Below are positions 12,248 through 26,240 of a stretch of 64,000 nucleotides of DNA, piece after piece; position 1 is the stretch's first letter; each line of letters starts with the position of its first letter. The position numbers and the translations under genes are program-made. Below the pieces are notes generated by a model, which worked only from the letters and a program-made list of their open reading frames with translations, did no database searches and had not been told where the DNA came from. This stretch comes from Octopus sinensis (Eukaryota). The stretch spans positions 48,484,001 through 48,548,000 of the forward strand of contig NC_043008.1 in assembly GCF_006345805.1 (NCBI RefSeq). The letters are read 5' to 3'.

Positions 12248-13874
12248 TAATACTAATTATATGTTTCTTTGCTAAAGAAGAATTTAACCATACCACAGGA
12301 AACTAACTCTCAGATTAAAGAGAGCCTCAGATTTAGTAGAAAATACAAGATTTCAACTCATTCTCTCACTAAGTTATATTTTCAGTAAAGTAACTAAATT
12401 TTTATAAACTTTTCAAAACAAGAGAGTTATAGTAAACCTGTAGTTAACCAATTGAACTGTTCATTAATAAGACTTTAATTACAAAGAATGGCACCTAATT
12501 ATTAAATACAGTCCCTTTTTTTTTTGTTTCAAAGGTACTTCTTAAAAAAGGTTACAGAAACCACACACACACCATTCAAAAAGTATTTGACATTACTTAA
12601 AACATATACATACATAACTGAATTCAAACTGTGAGCAATTTTAATATTTAAGTGTTATAATGCTTATATAAGAAGACTAGTAGTCCATGTCTTCCAGTTT
12701 CATGATGGCAACACAAAACCAATAATTTAAATAAACTGTTTTGTTATAAAAACGACTGTATACTACATTATGCAAGCACTAATTTCATAAGAAACCATGT
12801 CTGGATTCAAAGTGTTTTTGAATGAAAATTCCATACAACAAAACCTAATGCAGAAGATTTTCTAATTCAAATTGTGTGGCTAATTTTTATATTATTGTAT
12901 AACAGAACACTTTCATATCCATTAAACCATTTGATACCAATTCAGCTGAGACTGCCTATGGTGCTCTGATACAAAGAGCTCTCATTAAAAAATGTTCATG
13001 TTTAAATTAAACCTTCCCCTCATAAGTTTATGTAAAATCCTTTTGTTAAGTGACATTCCAAAAAGTTCACTTCCTAAATTCCTCCAAATCCTTGATTATT
13101 TTAAAATTCAGTTGAAACCCATGATGTGTGTATTAGGAATACAGTCAAGAAAGGCTTAAAATAGAAAATATCTATTAATATTTTCTCAAATCACAAGAAA
13201 AAAGTTAATACCTCGCCTCATGTACATTGATGTAAAAAGAAATCCTTCAACAATTTAGGACTGAGATCCAAGAAACAGTCAAAGAGAACAAAAAATACTC
13301 GTGAACCTCTCACACACACACACAACAAAGGAGGTGGGGGTATGAATAAGAAGCTATTAGAAGATAAGACAAAACAAAAATGTCTATGGTGAGCAATTCC
13401 TATGAAGAATAATTACAGGAAACAAACATAGAGCAAAGACCTGAACAGAGGTGGTGGTGGTGGGAACGAACTTATGAGAAAGAACAATATACAGTGTTTA
13501 AAAAAAGATGGAAAACAATTTAGTCTCTCCATATGGTAGTGTCCAAGGTCATCAAAATAGAATTAAATGGTTTCTGGAAGTAAATTGCAGAAATAACCAA
13601 ATTAAAAATAAATACAGTAAAATGGGACAATCACATGTCACTAACATTGCTTTGACAGTTAATAAAACATTTCAATTTTATATTTATCAAAACTAAAAAC
13701 TATGAAACAACAAATAGTTGTAATAAAGAAAAGAAAACAAATAACAGCTTGTTTTTGTGTTTTGAATTTTAAAAGTTACCAAAAAAAAAAAGGAAAAAAG
13801 AAAAAAACTGGAATTTCGTATAGAGGTAATTTTGATTTTAATCTTTGTTTATTATCATTATTATTATTATTATG

Positions 13875-14120
13875 ACGGTGGTGAGGTGGCGGAATCATTA
13901 GCACACCAGGCAAAATGCTTAGCGGCATTTCATCCATCTGTATCTTGCAGGTTCAAATTCTGTCAAGGCTGATTTTGCCTTTTATCCTATCAGGGTCAAT
14001 AAAATAAGTACCAGTTGATCACTAGGATCAATGGAATTGATTTACCCCCCACCCCCGAACTTGGTGGCATTGTGCCAAAATTTGAAACCATTATTTGAAA
14101 CCAAAATTTGAAACCATTGT
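13875..14120 (+). mobile_element. SINE family B flanked by (TTA)n on both sides
   Basis: gacggtggtgaggtggcggaatcattagcac...ggttcaaattc...tgtgccaaaatttgaaacc. Confidence 0.88.
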
Positions 14121-16091
14121 TATTGTTATTATTATTATTATTATTATGTTATGTGATTTCTTAATTCAGAGCCAAACAGCTTTTTGAGAGAAAAGGAAAA
14201 TATTTACTATGGCTTCTATTTCTCACAGAAAAGACAATAAGACAAATCAAGAACAGGGTACATTAGGATTCTGTCATGATATAAGTTCTTTTTGTAAAAT
14301 CACCCACCCATCCACCCTCTACATTAGAAATAAGAATGAGTAAAGAACTAATCTAGTAGAAAAACCTTACAGGTAGCTCAATTGTCAGAGAAGCCATGCT
14401 GTTTCTCATTGGCTGAGCAACAACCAATCAAATATGACAATGTTTTCATAACAGTTATACAAAACTTGTCAATGACTGGATTAAATAATAAATGGACATA
14501 AACACAGAGATTCAATAGCAACAGCAACTAGATTAAAATACTGCAATTAATCTATTTATATTTCATAATTCTACATTGCAGTTTTGAGAGGAAGCAATTA
14601 ACAGCAGTGACTTCAACAATAAAAATATCGTTAATAAAATACTTGATCCACAATGATACCTTCTAAGGTGTAACAATGACGACAGCTGATCAATAGAAGG
14701 TGTTAATAGAATTTCATCTTTAAAACATTGATAATAAGGTTGTCTACCTATTAATTTCTTTCCAAGCATAAAAAATAGTGCAGTGTATATCTGCTTTGTT
14801 CAAGGTTACCTCGTGTACTTTAATATGACCCCATGCATTTTAAACATTTTTTTATTTGGCCCCCAGATAACAATAGGGTTTCAAAATTACAGAAACAACA
14901 ACATGAATTACTTCTAGCAATGTCTGTGATGACAATGGTGCCAATCTATTATTAGCCCCTGGCTTTCTCTTGAACAATAATATTGGCATGGAGAGAGGAA
15001 GATTTGCATGCACTGGTAATTGCAGGTCTTTCTAAAAAACCTTTACTCAAATCAGTGCCTTAGTGGAGAACTTCCCAGTCTGGTCAGACATACAAAAAGA
15101 GGGTTCCAAAAATCTAAACATTATCAAATCAATTCACACACACATTATAAGCAAGCAAGCTACATCACAAGTAGAAGGATAACTCATACAGGAGAATTGC
15201 TGGACAATGGAATGAGAATAATTTACCAGGTGGATTTAATAAAGAGTATAGTTTGAAATTCTCAAAATGTTACCAAACATGACAGACACTTGAAGTGGAG
15301 TGGCCGAACTGTTTTGGGTGTATCAACCAGGAATAAGGATACTAGTTTGAATATATCACTGTTTTATTTTGATATTTCCTTGTCTCAGAAAAATCAAACA
15401 AAACAACTGTCTATAATTAATGGAGTCAATCATACAGACTTTTAAAATAATATCAATAACATTTTAAGAAATAGTTACCAAATCAGAATCTGACGAGGCC
15501 TTTTTCTTTAATCACTGTTCTCCTAATAAAAGGCACACACAGGATTAACATCTTTAGTAAAAGACTTCCTTCTCAAGAAGGGCATCAACCATTCCAATTA
15601 ATATTTGCTGACTAATCAAGGAGAGATTTCAATAATAAATCACTGGGAAATGTCTACAGTTACTCTTAATAGGTGATCACAACTTGTAAATACCTTTTAC
15701 TCTTAATCAAATGCTTTCCCAAATTTCCCAACAAAAACTTTTAGATTTTGACCCCTGTAAAGTGCAACTGTAAACACACTACAATGCAGTATAAGACACT
15801 GCTGAGTGAAGTATGCTTCACTCACCACAATATAAAGATATATGTAAAGTATGTGATATAACACAGTCCTGTAAAGTACCACACCTCACTCAATACAATA
15901 GAGAGAGATATATGTAAGGAGGGGGGGGCTACAAAATTTTAAAATACTGAAACCTTAGTTTTATCATCATCTTACGGCTTTTATTTGACAACTGCTGAAA
16001 AGAATTATGTCAGTGAATATTTCCAATGTAAATAAGGCTGGAGTGAAAGACACCTTGAAACTAGAAATATTCTGTAACTGCTACAAATTAA

Positions 16092-16309
16092 CCCTTTTAA
16101 TACCAACCTGCCTGAAACTGCTTTTTATTCATGGTAACAAATTCCATTTTAAAGTGATCAAAATTTAAAACCTTCCCACAAAATTTTCTGTTAATTTATG
16201 TTCAAACAACAGCTTATTTTACAAGTTATTTTACAAAATAATTCAATATTTCCAAAATTAAATGAAACACAAGCAGTGTATTTAAACCAAAGATACGGTA
16301 ACAAAAGGG
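16092..16309. mobile_element. piggyBac-type MITE
   Basis: TTAA|CCCTTTTAATACC ... GGTAACAAAAGGG|TTAA: 13-bp TIR with 2 mismatches and a TTAA target duplication. Confidence 0.8.
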
Positions 16310-17819
16310 TTAAGCAACCAAAACATGATACCCAAACTTTGTATGAATGAAATAATAGTTGAACATTTATGACCTTAAAAGATAATTCAGTCTCACGGAA
16401 AGATGGTTATTATCTAATATTAACTTTTGATTGATTGTTCTTTTTTTAACCAACACCTGACTTTCCAATGTGTAGTGTAAATTATAAAGATTGATAGAAT
16501 GGGAATTTTAATTAAGTCTGCACCTTAATTAAGGTAAGATACAGATATCTATAAAAAGGCAACAACATTAAACACCTGAAAATAGATGTATTGAAGTTGT
16601 TATAGTTTGTATAATATTAAAATTCCATGTTAGATATTTAATGTTTTACTTTATTTTATTGATATTTCAAACAACTATATCTTACATAACACTAAAGATA
16701 GAGATTAACTTAAACAGATTAGCTTAATCATTTTCTTACAAGTTAATTACTTTAATATATTCTTGGATCTTCCTTCTCAGAGTATTTTATTCATGATACA
16801 TTATTAGTGAATCTAATTCCTCATCTGTTTAGCAATGTTATCATTTGAGATAGAAAGAGGTTTTTTATATTTTCCCTTAAAAGAAAAATAACAAAAATTG
16901 AAATTTAAAAATTACCCCCACCACCATCATCGTCACTCCCATCAGAAAACTTCTAAATTTCCAGTCAGTTGTGAAGTCTACAGGTATTTGTTTAAACAGA
17001 GTGTGTAGATTGTAACATGCTTATATGAAAATAGAATCCTCACAAATTAGAAGTTACTCACTGAATAAAAGACCCGGTTTGTTATTTCATTCTGTTCTCA
17101 CCAGGTGCTCACTTTTAAAAAATCTTTTTTTCACATAATCATTATACTATTTTCAAATGTTTATTCTTCAATTAATCCAAGAATTAAATTTAACTTAGTT
17201 ATTTAAATATTATTATACTAAATGTCCACAGTGAAATTCTGCTTTTGTTTAATCCATCACAAAAGTATAACAAGATTAGAGATTTAAAGAAATAACATTA
17301 GATTTAAGATAATCTAACCTAACCAATGGTTTTCTTGGGTTGTCAAAATTATGGAACCACACCCATAGAATAACCCAACATTTTATGAAAGACAAAAAGA
17401 AAAAAAGAAAAGAAAGAAAGTGACATTTCAGTAGCTTAAACAACAGCCATGCACGTTCTTCAATTCAATTAAAAGGTTTCTTTAAACTGAAAGTTTAGAG
17501 AAGTGAACTCCACCACCACCACCACCACCACCACCACCAGTCACTGAAATAACCAGCAACAGTTTAATCAAACATATAACTAATTAATTTTCCTCAAAAG
17601 ATAACTAAAAACATTTTATCAAGTTCACTTCTTGAAAATATAATTTTTAATTAAAATACAAAATTATATATTTATAGAAATAACTTAAAATTTGAGAAAT
17701 GGCAATTAAGCATTGCAAAAAGATAAATTTCTAACACAATGATGATTTTTAATATAAGCACAAGCCCTTCACACATGCATGGGGCCTCAAACTCCGGCAC
17801 AGGGCCTCGACACAGGCAC

Positions 17820-17995
17820 TGGGCCTCAAATTTTGAGGGCTAAAAGGGAACAGTCAATTACAATAACTGCAGTATCTGACAGGTACTTGATTCCTTTAAA
17901 AAGATGAAAAAGGAAGTTGATGGTGACAGGTTTTGAACTCAGAATATAAAGATCACAAACATCAGAAACTACTTCATCCTTCACCCATCCACTTC
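17820..17995 (-). mobile_element. SINE family B, degenerate
   Basis: caaattttgaggg...aaaagatgaaaaagg..gttga...tttgaactcagaatataaag. Confidence 0.65.
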
Positions 17996-18449
17996 TGCCA
18001 TCTGCTGCTAAATACGAGATTTTCTACCTTTTTTAACTGATAACTTTCCAAAACAAGGAAGTAAACTAAATAAAAGAAATAACAATAAGTTTGTTTACAA
18101 ATGTAAAATAACCTTCCCCCCCCACACACACACAAACAAACAGGTAGTAATTTGGGTGGGGTGGGTGATGTGGAATAAATATACTTGAAAAGATAGACAA
18201 ACCTGAGAGAAGCCAGTGTTGTGTTCAAACTGTGTCTTTGTAGCCTTGGGACCATGTAGATTACCGACCATGAAAACAACAGAAATGTGGCAAGTGAAGG
18301 ATAGGAACAAACCTTCACAGCACAACACCCATTCCCCCAACCCACTGAGATTACATTTTATAGATGTATATATAAATATATATACACATATATTCACATA
18401 CACAGACACACTTCCACAACTGACACAAGAGCAAAGGCGGAAAGCTTAC

Positions 18450-18531
18450 CAGGAGGAGAAGGCAGATAAAGAGAGAGAGGGAGAGAGAGGGGGGAGAGAG
18501 AGATGTTGTACTGCTAGGTTAGAAGCAGCAC
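18450..18531 (-). other. Candidate non-coding or first exon in a GA/CT-rich promoter-like region
   Basis: Donor CTG|gtaagc at 18449; acceptor-like ttctttctgctatag|G; extended CT/GA tracts over 18450-18780. Confidence 0.3.
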
Positions 18532-19249
18532 CTATAGCAGAAAGAAGTGAGAGATGGGAGAGTGAAGTAGACACAGCGAAGAGGGAAAAAAAGAAGATAG
18601 AGCAGTACAGCAAACACACACACTTTCTCTCACTCCCTCTCTCTCTCTCATATATATAGCCACAAATGTTTGTATGAGTACAAAAGGAAAGTTGGGGTAG
18701 GTTTAAAAAAAAAAAGAGGGAGAAAAAAGACAAAAAATTAGAAGAGGAGCTAATAAAGTGGGGGGTATTTTGGGTTCCCTTCTCTCAAGCTAAATGCAGG
18801 AAGCCAAATGAATAATTTGGCTGATGGAAAGCTAATTACATCCTCCTGTAGTTGTTAGAAACAAGCATCTGGCATTATCTTTGGGATACAGGAGGAGTAA
18901 AAACTGTCATTTTATTTCCTTTGCTGTAATACTGCAGCTTGTTGTTGTTGTTGTTGTTGTTTGACAGTTGACAGACCTTTCAGTAGGGTTGTCACAACTT
19001 CTACCTAGGGTGACACAAAAGTTTTTATTTTCTAAAATTAATAAGGTCATCTTTGCTTTTCAACCTTTTAAAGGAGCTCCATAAATAAAGAGTATCAGTC
19101 AAGTACTCGGGTGTAGGGTTAATGTAATCAATGCCTATCCCAACAAAATTGCTGGCCTTGTACTTGTTGATTGAAAACAATAATTTCTGAGACAGGCACA
19201 AGGTCACAAATTGAAGGAGAAAGAAACTGTTGATTATATAAACTTAAAT

Positions 19250-20750
19250 ATAATAAGACTGGTTCTAAAGGATGAAAACACAAAGCCAACATTGCTAGGA
19301 TTTGAATTGTAAATGTAAAGGGCCAATGTCTAAGCACAAAGATCACTAATTTAGGGGACGTAACTAAATACCACAAAACATTGAAGTCCAATAATGTGCA
19401 GAAGTAGCAAAGATCAAATTCTGACAGACAAAACAGTATTTAGAGACTGCAAGAGGAGGCAAAACAAACTTGGTTGTGTCATGGATTGATTAGTGCAAAG
19501 CCTACAAAATGATATCTCATTCTTGGATAATGGGAATGCATGAACCTGGTTGACATTGCTTCAAATGTTGTGCAATTTCTTGGGAAAAGAATGGCGAAGC
19601 AGAAAACAGAACTGACGACATATGGAAGAAGCTTAAGAACAATAGAAATCAAGAGAAATATATTTCAAAGGAACTGTCTATCCCCATTGATTTTTGTGCA
19701 TTGCATGATAACCACTAACAAAGATTTTGAAGAAAGTTAAGGTTAGGTATAAATTCAAGGCCATCAACAAAAGTTAACCATTGTTGTTCATGGATAACCT
19801 CAAGCCTCACAGTAAGAATGAATTCCAGGTCAGTTCCTTTGTTGATATGCTGAATACATTTAGTGCCGACATCAGAATGGAATTTGGATTGAAAAAATGT
19901 AGTATGTTAGTCTTGAACAGAGGCAAAATTAAATGCACAGATGGATAGGTAATGCTATCAGGGGAAGTTATCAAGCAAATAGAAGAGGTGGGTTTTAAGT
20001 TCTGGAAATGGACAAAGTAATGGGGGACAAAATGAGGGGAAAATTAAGGCTGGAATACTTGCATAGACTGAGACTTGTTCTCATGTCAAAATTAAATGGA
20101 AGGGATAAAATTAATGCCATCAATCAATGCACAAGTGGTCTCTCTCTCTCTGCATAGATATGGAGCTGGGATAATTGCATGCACGACAGAAGAGCTAAAC
20201 AGACCAACAGACAAGAAAGTTATTGACTAGATATAAGGTATTTCATCCAAAGAGTGACACAGACAGACTGTGCATACCGAGAAAAAGAGGAGAGGGAGGA
20301 GGAGTGATGGGGTGCAGACACAGCATTAAAGGAGTGGGAAAAATGTCCTCAGACCTACTCTTGCTGGAAGTAAGAAAGTCAGGTCTGTACAAAATAGAAG
20401 ATTACAAAGATAAAGCATTTGAAGATGGAGAGGAAACTGAAAATAGGTGAATAGTAGAAAGAATGCATGGACAGTTCCACGGAGATGTTGTGGATAGGAC
20501 TGACAAAGAAAATAAAGGTGAAGCAAGCTGGTCGTTGAAAAAAGGTGGTAGCCAAACCAATAATTGTCAGAGCCTTGAGAACAGTAATTAAAGATCTTAA
20601 GTAGTATATTGAACAAACAGGGACTGCAATACACTTGCAGAAAACAGCATAGCTTGAACAGTTCAAATACCCCAAAAGGTGCTGGAAAAATAAGGGGTGA
20701 ACAGCTGACATTTGGGATACATCTCCAGTGTTAGAAGCTGTGCAAAGAAC
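19250..20750 (+). mobile_element. Degenerate R4/Dong-clade non-LTR retrotransposon (RT plus C-terminal remnant), 5'-truncated
   Basis: Frameshifted translation gives KDQILTDK..DCKRRQ..SWID..KAY..ISHSWI, IKRNIFQRNCLSPLIF, LFMDNLK, FSADIRMEFGLKKC, KLNGRDKINAIN, FHPKSDTDRLCIPRKRG, MHGQF and PIIVRAL...LQKTA. These motifs are typical of R4-clade RLE elements. The 3' end runs into (AAC)/(AAT)n. Confidence 0.85.
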
Positions 20751-20779
20751 AACAACAATGATAATAATAATAATAATAA

Positions 20780-21130
20780 TCCTTTCTACTATAGGCACAA
20801 AGCCTGAAATTTTGTGAAACGAGACCAGTCGATTACATTGACCCCAGTGCTATACTGGTCCTTATTTCATCAACTCCCGAAAGATGAAAGGTAAAGCTGA
20901 CCTCAGCAGAATAATGGTTTCTGATTTATCTTCAAGGTCAGCAATTTTAAGGGGAAGGATTAGTCAATGCCATCAATTCCCAGTACTTGACTGACACTTC
21001 ATGTTACTAACCCCAAAAGGATGAATGGCAAAGTTAACCATGGTAGATTTGAAACCAGAACTGCAAAGAGCTATAAAAAATAACACATACTATTTTGTTC
21101 AACACTAGCAATTCTGCCAGCTTGCTGCCC
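20780..21130 (-). mobile_element. Two stacked SINE family B copies
   Basis: cctttctactataggcacaaagcctgaaattttg...gaaagatgaaaggtaaagctgacctcagcagaa, then a second copy ending ...tttgaaaccagaac...agcaattctgccagcttgctgcc. Confidence 0.85.
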
Positions 21131-21888
21131 TAAATAATGATGATGATGATGATGGTGGTGGTTCATAAAATGTGTACAAAGCTAACAATTTTGTAGGAAG
21201 GTTGTCGTCAATTGAATAAATTCAGTATGTATTTTATCAAATCAATCTGACTCGACCCAACTCTAGACATTTGAAACACCAAGTTGACTTGTACAATTTG
21301 ATCTCAAAATGGTTTAAAAAAAAAAATATTAAATAAAGAAGTGCGAAGCATTTAGTCTGGCAGTGTTTCTGCCATTCCATCAGCCTTTTGCCATTTATAA
21401 AACTAAAGACTACCCTAAGGCCTGAAAGATTATCGTTTCTGATAAAAGCAGATGGTACAGAAGAAAGAGCTAACAGCAAATCTTAAATGGTAGAGCTATT
21501 AATAAAAGTGCGATACACAGCAGGTTACACAAACAAAACCATATAAGCATTTTTCCTCCCAGAAGGAAATTTCAAAAATGCGATAAATAAATAAATAAAA
21601 AGATGGGTTAAATGCAAAAGTTAACTTTAAAAAATCTAAAAATTATGCAAAATGTGTTGTTAAATATTTTTCTTAAAATTTTTCATAGCTTTGGATTTAG
21701 AAAACAGCATGGTTTATGATTATTCTTTAATATTTGAATTTTGGATCTCTAAATGATAAAACAGTTGCTGCACAAAACCGTCTTAGATTCAAGGATAGGA
21801 GTGGTTGGTTGGCTGGTTGGATAGGAAGGAAGAAAGAGTGACAGGAAGACTCCCCACCGAATGTTTTCCTGCAGTTATTCCAACTTAC

Positions 21889-21951
21889 ATCAATTCCACC
21901 AGTCTGAGAGGAATATGGACTCCAAAGGTCATGGGCATTGCCCCTCCTCTT
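21889..21951 (-). other. Candidate 63-nt exon (UTR or coding), preceded by a 111-nt GT-AG intron (21952-22062)
   Basis: Long polypyrimidine tract ...ttagtcag|AAGAGG; donor GAT|gtaagt; upstream donor GAA|gtatgt. Confidence 0.35.
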
Positions 21952-23930
21952 CTGACTAATTTACAAGAAGAAAAAAAGGGAAGAAAGAAAGAAAGAATGA
22001 AAGGCATTGCCAATGAGTGAGTGGTTTCCAGTTAAGTGTTATGAAATATCACAAGAACATACTTCAGATGATGATGACCCAGTTAGAACGAGATTCAAAA
22101 ACCATCATCCACATGGCATTAGTGCCATACTGCACCAGCTTTATCAGGAATATATTCCAAACAGCTCAAGACTTTCTCATGAGGAATCTAACAATGTCCA
22201 GTAAAGTCACTTCCAGCAAATTGTAGATAATCCATGTGGTCATTGACTTAAGTTCCATTGGAACAATTTTGAACAATTCTTCAGCAGCTTCCAAACCACA
22301 AGGAGCTATTATGTGGTCATTCAACTCGCTAGAAATAGCAGCCCAACGTCCCTTGACAGTTACAAAAAAAAAGGGGAAAAACATTGGACAATGTAATCCT
22401 AGATACACAATGCCGGGTAAAAATAAAGAGATGGTCATGGATGGACTGCCTGACTACATGCCTACTCAAGACTGAGCTTGGGTTAAATAATTATAACAAC
22501 AGCAACAACGACACAACAATAAAAGACACAGGGAGATGAGAGAAATAATTTTAGTAAAGCAAGACAGACGTAAAACCAGCAAAGACAAATGTAGAATCAG
22601 TAGATTTTAATGAGATTAGTGAAAGCCAAGTGTATTAATGGTGGTACTACGGGGTGAAAGGAGATGAAGTTGCTTTTGAAAATGTTGATAGAATTCTGGG
22701 GAAATAAACAGTTATGAAGAACATTCACTTTTGGCAAAGAAGAAGCTAATAACCAATGACTTTTGAGTGATGTAGCAACCGATGATGCAATTACATAGAT
22801 CAAGCCATAGTAATTTATGCATGTGCTGCACATCAGTGGTTACTCAATATTTAAGCAGACAAACATGAAGTTACAACCAATATATTACCAATATATATAA
22901 CCAGAAATAATATGTCAATGTGGGGCAGAATGCTAACCAACAAGCAGGCACCTAATCTGTTAAAAATAGGAACCACCTCTTCCTCAAATTGCATTCTACT
23001 TTCTTAAGAGATGGAAGATCACACTGAGGATGGATAGCCATGAGCGGAATACTTTTGATCAAAAGTCACAACTTCATATATACCAGAAGAAATATCCTCA
23101 GGCAATGATTTATCAAAAAAAAAAAGCCCAGTGTTCTGCTCAAGTCTTGTGGCATAAAGTGAGAGATAAATTCTCTTGGGTCATAGGGTGTCAGCCCTTT
23201 ACAGTCAACAGACATTCATAGATTCACTGACGCTATTTTCAAAACAGTAGAAGTCCTGCTGAGTTTGGCTCATACATACCACCTTTAGTGGAGTCTCAAA
23301 TCTGAAAATCACTTCCTGTCTCACTTCTACCAATCTTAAGACTCCAAAAATGGTCAAGCCTGATGCTCCTTCCACCTCTCACAATGTCATAAATATAAAC
23401 AATAAAATGCAGGCACACACAATAATTTTACATGTATATAAACTCATGACTCACCTATAAATAGAAGGTTCGTCACCTTTCTGTACATGTGTGTATAAAC
23501 ATGCACACACACAACAAACTTATATAAAAGGTGTTAGTACAGATTTCTCACTAAAGTGGACCCTGCAATCATGTCATGTTTGTTGTAGCTTTTCCTTTTA
23601 CATGGACAGACTTCATATTTTTGTGATAAAATGACACTAATACAGTTGACACACAGGAATGGTAATTACCGTTTATGTAAAACTGTCATCAAGTAACATT
23701 TAAAATAATAATTATGCTGACAATGATATTAGCGAAGATAATGGTGATGATGACAATGATGACGTTAAACACCCATATTTTTCTTGCTTGAATAGTTTTC
23801 AGGCATCTAACCAAGCACATCTGCCACAATATCACCTGCACCATCACAAAGGTGTGCCAAATATGGGTAGCAGAGCATGTATAATTGGGGGTGAAAATTT
23901 AACAGCAAGGCAGCTTCTTATCAACACAGC

Positions 23931-23934
23931 TGTG

Positions 23935-24016
<82 letters not shown>

Positions 24017-24020
24017 GAGA
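23931..24020. repeat. (TG)n(AG)n(ACAG)n compound microsatellite
   Basis: Direct reading. Confidence 0.95.
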
Positions 24021-24879
24021 GTGGGGGAGAGTGGGTTGGTGCTTTCAAAATGATCACCTGTTCCTCCATTTCATGTTTGATCAACAATACAGAAATCTTC
24101 AATTTAGAAATATTACAGACAGATTACCAATTGAATACAGGTTCAAAGGAACACTAGAAAACATTCTGCTGTGAAACACACCTACACCTCTATCTCCCTC
24201 TCTGTGTGTGAGAGAGTGGGGGAGGGGTCAGTATATATTTGACTTAATGATAAATGAAAATGAAAATCTAACGAAACCTTACAAATTTGATTTAGGCTGT
24301 CAATGTTTAGATTTAAGTTAATAGTCTCTTCGACTAAAATCCATGAAAAAAATTATTATATCATCCACATCTGTCAGGTCACAGCATTCGTAAAAAAATT
24401 CCATTGCCTCCCAAAATTGCCCAACACTTCTACTGCCATGCCCATGAACCCTTTCCTCTTTATGATTTTTACATTGTCACCTTCTATGTCTTTTTCCCTT
24501 CTATTCTGTCTACTCTCTATGTATTTCTCATTTTTATTATAGTCTTTCCTTATTTATTGTTGCTTCTATCCCCTCTTTTAACCGTTACCAATAAGCTGTA
24601 GGGCACCCGACCACTGCAAACAATAAGCTCATTACTATTATTATTATTATTTTAAAGATTTCAACAACCAAAAGTTTGACTCCACTTGTATTTCTTTTTA
24701 AGCCTTTTGTTATACAGACAAACTCTTCCAAGGAAATAATTTATGACAGTCGACTTTCTTCCAGGAAATCTGAAACTGAGGTAAGTAGACTTCAATGCTT
24801 TACCAAAATGGACAACATCTCACAATTTAATGCCTTAAGAAATACTAACTAACTAATTAACTAACTATTTCTTTGCAGA

Positions 24880-25262
24880 GTTATCATTGTTTTTTAACGT
24901 CCACATGGAATTTTGTGAGGCAGGTTTTCTATGATCGGATGCCCTTCCCGTCACCAATCTTCACCTATTTCCAAGCAAGGTAATATTTCCCTGTGGCTTA
25001 ACATTTTTTGAAGATTGAAGATGAACAGCACCACCTTGTATAACAACGGTGCTCATTTACAACTATTATGTCATGTCGAGAGAGAGAGAGAGAGAGACAC
25101 ACACACACACACACACACACAATGGGCTTTTTCAGATTCCATCTTACAAATCCACTCACAAGGCTTTGAACAATAGAAGATACTTGCCCCAAGGTGCCAC
25201 ACAGTGGGACTGAACCTGAAACCATGTGATTGGGAAGTGAACTTCTTAAGCACATAGCCAGA
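24880..25262 (-). mobile_element. SINE family A head joined to a family C (RTE-like) tail
   Basis: Head at 25120-25262, microsatellite, then ggatgcccttcccgtcaccaatc...ccaagcaaggtaatatttccc tail. Confidence 0.8.
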
Positions 25263-26104
25263 AACTAACAACTCATTGAATTTCCAATTTATACAAGTTT
25301 CTCAGTACTTAGTAGCTTGTTACAACGAAACCTGCACATTACTCATTCGTCTACAATATTGATTGCAATATCCATACCTTATATTTAGTGTTTGTATTAT
25401 TATTATTATTAAGTATACTGCAGTTAATATTTGCATTAACCACAACTGAAAATATTGTACTTGAATATCCACTTTAAGTATAAACCTACTTATTTATACA
25501 ATCTTTTGTAATCCAACCACTTCTATTGCAACTGTGTCCGTCTATAGACACAGTGATCCTTTTAAAGCAGTGATTGGGTGCAGTTTTCTGTTGGAAACTA
25601 TTTAATGAGCATTTTCTCATTAATGTAATATTTATTTATTCATTTATCCAAGGAATTAAAGGATCATTTTTATAAATCATTTCTATTTTATTTGTGTATA
25701 TAACCCTCAGAGAATCATTATTTATATACATAGTATCACCTCTCCTGTATGTTCCGGTCTAAGTTCCTACCCTTTTTGGAACTTACAATTTATTGAGTGA
25801 GTGCATGTGTACATATGCATGTATCTATGTATGCATACATTTCAGGTGAGATACACTTACCAGCAGACATGGCTGTCCACGAACATATCGTGCATTATGC
25901 AATATAATATCCAAGATACGATTACTCACAAACACATACATGGTGCACTACATCTCAGATACCATGGGGATATGATACCATTGGAAAACAGCTCAGATAA
26001 TTATTTTCTCAATTCATAAACTGATTTTAGTGGTTTTATATATAGTTTTTGTTCTTTTTTATAGTTTAATTACACTAATTATCCTAAACGACTTTTAAAG
26101 ACCA

Positions 26105-26240
26105 TGTTGTAGGTGCAGATGTGGCTGTATGATTAAGTAATTCACTTCCCAACAAGATGGCTTTGGGGTTCAGTCCAACTGCATAACACCTTGGACAAGC
26201 ATCTTCTACTAAAGCCACAGGTCAATCAAAGCCTTTTTTG
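26105..26240 (+). mobile_element. SINE family A head
   Basis: ggtgcagatgtggctgtatg...ggttcagtcc...cttggacaagcatcttctact...caaagcc. Confidence 0.75.

Noticed and set aside
14405-14432. Facing ATTGG/CCAAT boxes
   Set aside because: Short motifs with no other promoter evidence.
18216-18659. 147-aa ORF, the longest in the track
   Set aside because: Built largely from (TA), (GA) and (CA) low-complexity tracts; no protein-like signal.
22166-22352. ORF GRWAAISSELNDH... with possible TGA read-through (selenocysteine)
   Set aside because: Its start is a dispersed repeat seen at 37545, 44235 and 51285. There is no selenoprotein motif, and a second TGA follows shortly.
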